A DNA stretch of 11,115 nucleotides from a bacterium (GTDB lineage: Bacteria > Zhuqueibacterota > Zhuqueibacteria > Oceanimicrobiales > Oceanimicrobiaceae), in contig JBHHXN010000170.1 in assembly GCA_046757025.1 (NCBI GenBank), forward strand, positions 1-11,115. Direction: 5' to 3'. This document shows, in pieces, positions 6,371-11,115 of the stretch; the first letter of the stretch is position 1, and each line of letters opens with the position of its first letter. A program made the translations under genes and the position numbers. Below the pieces are notes generated by a model, which was not told the DNA's origin, did not search any database, and saw only the letters and a program-made list of their open reading frames with translations.

Positions 6371-7933
6371 ATGGAAGAAAATGGATTGAAAACATTTGCA
6401 GACAACGTGAAGGAAGTGAAACGCACCTTAAAAGAGTCCGTGCGCCGATACGAATGGCCGCCCAAATCCGACCGAGAAAAATCCCAGGCCATATTTCAGA
6501 ATTTCTTTCTGCACATTCAATCGGCGCGTATGCACAAATTCAGCCTGAAACCGCTCTACACCCTCGGGCTGGGTTTGATGACCTTTTTCCTTTTTCTTAT
6601 CCTGTGTGTCACCGGCATTTTGTTGATGGTGTATTACAATCCCACCACCAGTCTTGCTTATGACAACGTTCGCGACATTAGTTTTGTGGTGGCTGCTGGC
6701 AAGTATATGCGCAACATTCACCGCTGGGCGGCGCACGGTATGGTGCTCATGGTGATTCTGCACATGGTGCGGGTATTTTACACCGGCTCCTACAAAAGAA
6801 ACCGCAAATTTAACTGGCTCATCGGCATGGCGTTGCTGGCGATCACGCTCATGCTCAGTTACACGGGTTATCTGCTGCCCTGGGATCAGCTTGCATACTG
6901 GGCGGTGACCATCGGCGCCAACATCGCGGCCTCGCCGAGGGAGCTCACCGACGCACTCGGTATCACACAGTATATCGATTTCGGCGGTTTTCAAAAACAA
7001 TTGCTCATCGGCGGAAACACCGTGGGGCAGGAAGCCCTGACCCGCTTTTATCTTCTGCACGTAATGATCCTGCCCATTGCCGCCATCACCCTCATCGGAG
7101 TGCATTTCTGGCGGATTAGAAAGGACGGCGGATTGAGCCGGCCCGACAACGCGGATGAAATCATCTTGAAGGAAGAAGGAGTGGAAATCGACAAAGATTT
7201 CTACCAGAAAGGCGAATTCAACCTGAACAAAAATAAAACTTACGGTTTGATGGCGCTGGTGAAAGACCGGTCACCGCAGTTAAATGCCGGTCCGGACAAC
7301 ACAATCATGACCTGGCCGGTCGGAATATGGGCTGAAGTCGCGGTTTTCATGTTGACCCTGGCGGTGATGACGGTTCTGGCGTATTTTTTCGATGCGCCCC
7401 TCAAAGAGATCGCCAATCCCGCCATTCCGGAAAATCCAGCCAAAGCGCCCTGGTATTTTTTGGGTTTGCAAGAGCTGGTTTCCTATTCCGCTTTTATGGG
7501 CGGCATCGGCATCCCCACCATCGTCATCGTGGGTCTCATGCTCATTCCGTATTTAGACAAAGAAGACCGGCATTTTGGCGTGTGGTTTTCCGGAACGGAA
7601 GGCAAGCAGGTTGCCATAAATTCGCTTATTTTTTCAACGGTCTTTTTGGTAGCCTTGTTGGCGTTCACGGTGAAGTTTGGCTGGCTGAGAAACTGGTTTC
7701 CTGCCATTCCACAGATCGTCATCGTGCTCATCAATCCCGGATCGTTCATCGTACTCATGTTTGCCTGGTGGTCGCTGCACACGCTGAAATTCACCGGTTC
7801 TACCCGGCTGGCGGCCATTGCGCTCTTCACCTGTTTTTTGATTGGATTTATTATTTTAACCATCATGGGCACCTATTTCAGAGGTCCCAACTGGGATTTT
7901 TACTGGTCTCCTTCACAATGGCCGGTACACTGA
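6371..7933 (+). CDS. qcrB: Cytochrome b subunit (cytochrome b6-like N-terminal half fused to a subunit IV-like C-terminal half), 520 aa
   Basis: RNIHRWAAHGMVLMVILH and LLHVMILPIAAITLIGVH heme-b His pairs, TGYLLPWDQLAYWA, TRFYLLH, NPAKAPWYFLGLQE (PEWY-equivalent), terminal FRGPNW; GGAG RBS at 6359-6362. Confidence 0.93.
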   Translation: MEENGLKTFADNVKEVKRTLKESVRRYEWPPKSDREKSQAIFQNFFLHIQSARMHKFSLKPLYTLGLGLMTFFLFLILCVTGILLMVYYNPTTSLAYDNVRDISFVVAAGKYMRNIHRWAAHGMVLMVILHMVRVFYTGSYKRNRKFNWLIGMALLAITLMLSYTGYLLPWDQLAYWAVTIGANIAASPRELTDALGITQYIDFGGFQKQLLIGGNTVGQEALTRFYLLHVMILPIAAITLIGVHFWRIRKDGGLSRPDNADEIILKEEGVEIDKDFYQKGEFNLNKNKTYGLMALVKDRSPQLNAGPDNTIMTWPVGIWAEVAVFMLTLAVMTVLAYFFDAPLKEIANPAIPENPAKAPWYFLGLQELVSYSAFMGGIGIPTIVIVGLMLIPYLDKEDRHFGVWFSGTEGKQVAINSLIFSTVFLVALLAFTVKFGWLRNWFPAIPQIVIVLINPGSFIVLMFAWWSLHTLKFTGSTRLAAIALFTCFLIGFIILTIMGTYFRGPNWDFYWSPSQWPVH

Positions 7934-7990
7934 TGAAGGGATTCAATCCAATGAAAAAAACAGACGCACGCTATCGCGATATTTTTCTAA

Positions 7991-10045
7991 ATGGAGAACA
8001 AAATGAATCTTGAAAAGCATTACGATCGATTCTACAAAATCATCACCATTGTTTCCAGCCTGGTTTGTATGATCTTTTTCGGATTCGCAGCCATCGAGGA
8101 AAACTTTTTACGTGAATGGAAAAACTACCAGGCGGACTTTAAAGATATTTTGATTGCCAGTGCTGAAAACGACCAGCAAAGACAAGCGGCCGAAGAATTT
8201 CCAATTGAAATACGGCAGGTGCTTTTGCCCGATTTCAAACGCGTGGATAGATGCATCAGCTGCCACAACGGCATAGAGAACCCCAACATGGCTGATGAGA
8301 ATATTCCACATGCCGCACATTCGGGTGATTACGTCCAGAACCATCCCGTGGAAAAATTCGGCTGCAGCATCTGCCACGGCGGCCAGGATCGGGCGCTGGG
8401 CACCAAACACGTGTTTGCGATGGAAGAAGACGTGCACTGGCAGTATCCGGTGTTGCCGCTGCAATACGTGCAGTCGTCCTGTGGAAAATGTCATCTGGCG
8501 GTTTTCGACGACACGCAAAGCCTGACCGGTGCCGAAGTCTTGATGCAGGGTAGAAAGCTGTTTTACCGCGAAGGATGCCTGGGATGCCACAATGTGCGCG
8601 GCACCGGCGGTAGCGTGGGGCTGGAGCTCACCGACCAGGGACGCAAAACCAAACATGAATACAGTTTTAAATTCGTGGAAGGCGAGCACACTGTGCAAAA
8701 CTGGCTACGGGAACATTTCATTTCCCCGCAAAAAGTGTCGCAGGTTTCAGAAATGCCGGCCATCGACCTAAACCCGGAAGATATGGACGCGCTCATCACC
8801 TTTACCATGAGTTTGTACTCGCCGGAATATCCCACGGATTACTATACCTTCGAGGCCATTGCTGAATTTAAAGGAAAGCGGAAAGAATTCAATGGCACCG
8901 AAGCCTACGGCCTCTTCTGTGCGGTGTGTCACGGTGAAAACGGCCAGGGCAAAGATTACCGCGTGTTTCAAGCCAGCGTGCCGGCGTTAAACAATCCGGA
9001 TTTTCTGGCTGTAGCTTCGGAGGATATGATCCAATTTTCCATCCGCAAAGGACGCAGCGGCCGTAACATGTCGCCCTGGTCGGAGGCTTTTGGCGGACTC
9101 AAGGAGGAAGAGATCCATGGTCTGGTAGAATTGATTCGAAGCTGGAAAACGCCGCCGCCAACCTTTGCGGAAGTGAAAACAACCCGCGGCGACGCGGTTT
9201 TTGGAGAACAGCTTTACCGTTCGCGTTGCGGCACCTGCCACGGCCTAGACGGCGAGGGAGGGATTGGTCCTTCTCTGAACAATCAGGATTTTCTGGCCAT
9301 TGCCTCCGATGAATTTCTTTACAAAACTATCGTCCACGGCCGAAGAAATACGGCCATGCCTTCCTGGTCGCGGCTTTCGAAAGAAGAAATCGCTAGTATC
9401 ATCGCGGTGCTGCGCAGATGGCAAAAAACGCCGCAACGACGTCTTTCATCTCAAAAAATCACGGGCAACATCGAAAACGGCCGGCAATTGTTTACTTCCA
9501 TGTGCGTCGGTTGTCACGGCAGATATGGCCAGGGCTCGGTGGGGCCGGCGATCTTGAACAAAGATTTTTTAATCGCCGCCACGGATCAATTTATTCTTCA
9601 TTCCATTTCGCGCGGCAGGGGGCAGAGCGCCATGCGCTCCTGGGCGAAAGAATTTCAGGGGATGGAACAGCTCAGCAAACAGGAAATGAATGACATCGTC
9701 GCTTTTATGCGCGGCCAGGAAGACGTCCAGCCGGAGGGCATTTACACCAACATTTCGCCGGGAACGGTTTCCAAGGGCAAAGAGCTTTACGAAGGCATGT
9801 GCAGCGGCTGCCACGGAAAAAACGGCGAGGGCAAACACGGACCGGCTTTGAACAATCAGGAATTTCTCAACGCGGCCACCAATGGCTTTATCCAGGCCAC
9901 CATTGCGTTGGGCCGGTCGGGAACCGCAATGCGTTCCTGGGCCAAAGGCGCACAAGGTTATGAAGAGCTCAGCGCCGACGAGATTAACGACATCACCACT
10001 TATATTCGTTCGTGGCAGAAACAGGTCATGAAAATCAAAAATTAA
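7991..10045 (+). CDS. Membrane-anchored octaheme cytochrome c, 684 aa (start may be the ATG at 8003)
   Basis: N-terminal TM helix; 8 CxxCH motifs (CISCH, CSICH, CGKCH, CLGCH, CAVCH, CGTCH, CVGCH, CSGCH); GGAG at 7993-7996 suits the ATG at 8003. Confidence 0.92.
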   Translation: MENKMNLEKHYDRFYKIITIVSSLVCMIFFGFAAIEENFLREWKNYQADFKDILIASAENDQQRQAAEEFPIEIRQVLLPDFKRVDRCISCHNGIENPNMADENIPHAAHSGDYVQNHPVEKFGCSICHGGQDRALGTKHVFAMEEDVHWQYPVLPLQYVQSSCGKCHLAVFDDTQSLTGAEVLMQGRKLFYREGCLGCHNVRGTGGSVGLELTDQGRKTKHEYSFKFVEGEHTVQNWLREHFISPQKVSQVSEMPAIDLNPEDMDALITFTMSLYSPEYPTDYYTFEAIAEFKGKRKEFNGTEAYGLFCAVCHGENGQGKDYRVFQASVPALNNPDFLAVASEDMIQFSIRKGRSGRNMSPWSEAFGGLKEEEIHGLVELIRSWKTPPPTFAEVKTTRGDAVFGEQLYRSRCGTCHGLDGEGGIGPSLNNQDFLAIASDEFLYKTIVHGRRNTAMPSWSRLSKEEIASIIAVLRRWQKTPQRRLSSQKITGNIENGRQLFTSMCVGCHGRYGQGSVGPAILNKDFLIAATDQFILHSISRGRGQSAMRSWAKEFQGMEQLSKQEMNDIVAFMRGQEDVQPEGIYTNISPGTVSKGKELYEGMCSGCHGKNGEGKHGPALNNQEFLNAATNGFIQATIALGRSGTAMRSWAKGAQGYEELSADEINDITTYIRSWQKQVMKIKN

Positions 10046-10057
10046 GGTACGGGGAGC

Positions 10058-10102
10058 GGCTGCTGGCAATTGGCTGTTAGCTGTTGGCTATTAGTAGTTG
10101 GC
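10058..10102 (+). repeat. Heptamer tandem array (consensus RGCTRTT), 6 units
   Basis: GGCTGCT GGCAATT GGCTGTT AGCTGTT GGCTATT AGTAGTT GGC. Confidence 0.8.
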
Positions 10103-10123
10103 CTTTGTTCTGAAATGAGTCGT

Positions 10124-10205
10124 ATGACGTTTGAGATTTAAAAATTTGCATATTTGGTATAAAAGCCAAAAAACATCTATGGGCAAACTAAAATCCAATA
10201 GCTAA
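10124..10205 (+). pseudogene. Remnant of a four-helix-bundle (23S rRNA intervening-sequence protein-like) gene
   Basis: Removing one base after ATG ACG TTT gives MTFRFKNLHIWYKSQ..., resembling the family's N-terminal F-x-x-L-x-(V/I)-W-x-K-(A/S) motif; the frame ends KLKSNS-stop inside the right heptamer array. Confidence 0.45.
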
Positions 10206-10224
10206 AAGCTAACAGCCAATAGCT
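10190..10224 (-). repeat. Heptamer tandem array, 5 units, inverted relative to 10058-10102
   Basis: Minus strand AGCTATT GGCTGTT AGCTTTT AGCTATT GGATTTT; 10207-10220 is the exact reverse complement of 10069-10082 (14/14). Confidence 0.8.
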
Positions 10225-10291
10225 GAATTTTCACAAATCAAGTAATCAACATTTTAGCATTATCAATGATAAATGGATGAAGGAGCGCAAA

Positions 10292-11115
10292 ATGAATCCT
10301 GATAAAAACAAAAAGCACTGGACGTTAACCCGACGCAAATTTCTGCAGGCGTCGGCAACCATGTCGGCCGTCACGGCGGCCAACGTCATCGGGTGTAAAG
10401 GCCGGGAAACGGAGATCAAAATGGTGAAAACCGCCCCCCCGGCTCAGACCAACAATTTCCTGTCGGCGTGTCCTTACTGCGGCGTGGGCTGCGGCACCAT
10501 GATTCAGGTGGAAAACGGCAAGATCGTCGGCATGGTGCCGGATAAAAATCACCCCACCAATCGCGGCATGCAATGCATAAAAGGTCTCACCGCCAACGAG
10601 CCCATCTACATCGATCGACTCACCAAAGTTTTGGTGCGTAAAGACGTTTGGGCGGAATGGCAGAAGCCCGGCCACGGCGATCTCGAATTTACCTCAAAAA
10701 CCAAAGACGCCTTCGACGACGATCTCTGGGAAGAAGTGTCCTATGACGAAGCCAGCGAAATGACCGCCCACAAAATCGCCCATCTGGTCCAGAAATACGG
10801 CGGAAATTGCATCGGGCTTTACGGTTCCGGTCAGTTGACTTTTGAGGGCCAGTACCTGGAAAACAAATTCATGAAAGCGGTGCTGGGTTCCAACACCATG
10901 GAAGCCAATGCCCGCATGTGCATGACCAGCGCGGTGACCGCTTATTTTAAAACCCTGGGCTCGGACGCGCCGCCCACCTGTTACGAAGACACCGAAATGT
11001 GCGACTTCATTTCCTTCTGGGGTCACAACCCGCGCGAAGCTCATCCCATCATTTTCTGGCGGGTAGCGGATTACAAGAAAGCCGCCAACATTCCCACCCT
11101 GGTGGTGGATCCGCG
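10292..11115 (+). CDS. napA: Tat-exported molybdopterin nitrate reductase catalytic subunit (NapA/NasA family), 5' partial, 274 codons, runs off the window
   Basis: Hand translation: MNPDKNKKHWTLTRRKFLQASATMSAVTAANVIGC...CPYCGVGC...QCIKG...GSGQLT...NARMCMTSAV...GSDAPPTCYED...WGHNPREAHP...VVDP; open to the window end; AAGGAG RBS at 10280-10285. The napA symbol is tentative. Confidence 0.85.
   Translation, partial: MNPDKNKKHWTLTRRKFLQASATMSAVTAANVIGCKGRETEIKMVKTAPPAQTNNFLSACPYCGVGCGTMIQVENGKIVGMVPDKNHPTNRGMQCIKGLTANEPIYIDRLTKVLVRKDVWAEWQKPGHGDLEFTSKTKDAFDDDLWEEVSYDEASEMTAHKIAHLVQKYGGNCIGLYGSGQLTFEGQYLENKFMKAVLGSNTMEANARMCMTSAVTAYFKTLGSDAPPTCYEDTEMCDFISFWGHNPREAHPIIFWRVADYKKAANIPTLVVDP

Noticed and set aside
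7991..10045. HAO, octaheme nitrite reductase or NrfA
   Set aside because: No CxxCK motif and no HAO-like heme spacing; five hemes lie in separate His/Met class I domains.
3915..10069. Numerous alternative-frame and antisense ORFs within the operon (e.g. 4454..5098, 6428..7105, 7582..8013, 8108..8698, 9569..10069)
   Set aside because: They overlap motif-rich genes and are typical antisense or frame shadows without domain signatures.
10325..11044. Minus-strand ORFs 10325..10675 and 10694..11044
   Set aside because: Antisense shadows of the plus-strand molybdoenzyme gene starting at 10292.
10292..11115. Formate dehydrogenase or selenoprotein
   Set aside because: The ligand stretch is RMCM (Cys-Met, TGC codon), typical of nitrate reductases, not the C/U-H of formate dehydrogenases; there is no in-frame TGA.

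Overview
An 11.1-kb bacterial respiratory and redox locus with moderately GC-rich genes and AT-rich intergenic regions. The minus strand carries a stand-alone CuA-containing cytochrome c oxidase subunit II (coxB) and an HP0902-like cupin. An 870-bp spacer follows, holding nested inverted-repeat (MITE-like) elements and REP-like palindromes. The plus strand carries two tandem Fe-S-type Rrf2 regulators, a cytoplasmic GltD/DsrL-like FAD/Fe-S NAD(P)H oxidoreductase translationally coupled to a Tat-type Rieske protein, a fused cytochrome b6+subunit IV-like protein with APWY in place of PEWY, and a membrane-anchored octaheme cytochrome c. It ends with the 5' part (missing from the ORF track, starting at 10292) of a Tat/lipobox-bearing molybdopterin nitrate reductase whose motifs lie between NapA and NasA/NarB. 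The main hypothesis is an anammox-style, NAD(P)H-oxidoreductase-containing Rieske/cytb complex wired through an octaheme cytochrome to an exported nitrate reductase, regulated by Rrf2 proteins through a three-copy AGAY-N7-TCCGA box. A decayed four-helix-bundle (23S rRNA IVP-like) gene flanked by inverted heptamer arrays appears to sit just before the nitrate reductase. All calls come from reading motifs by eye; no database search was run.
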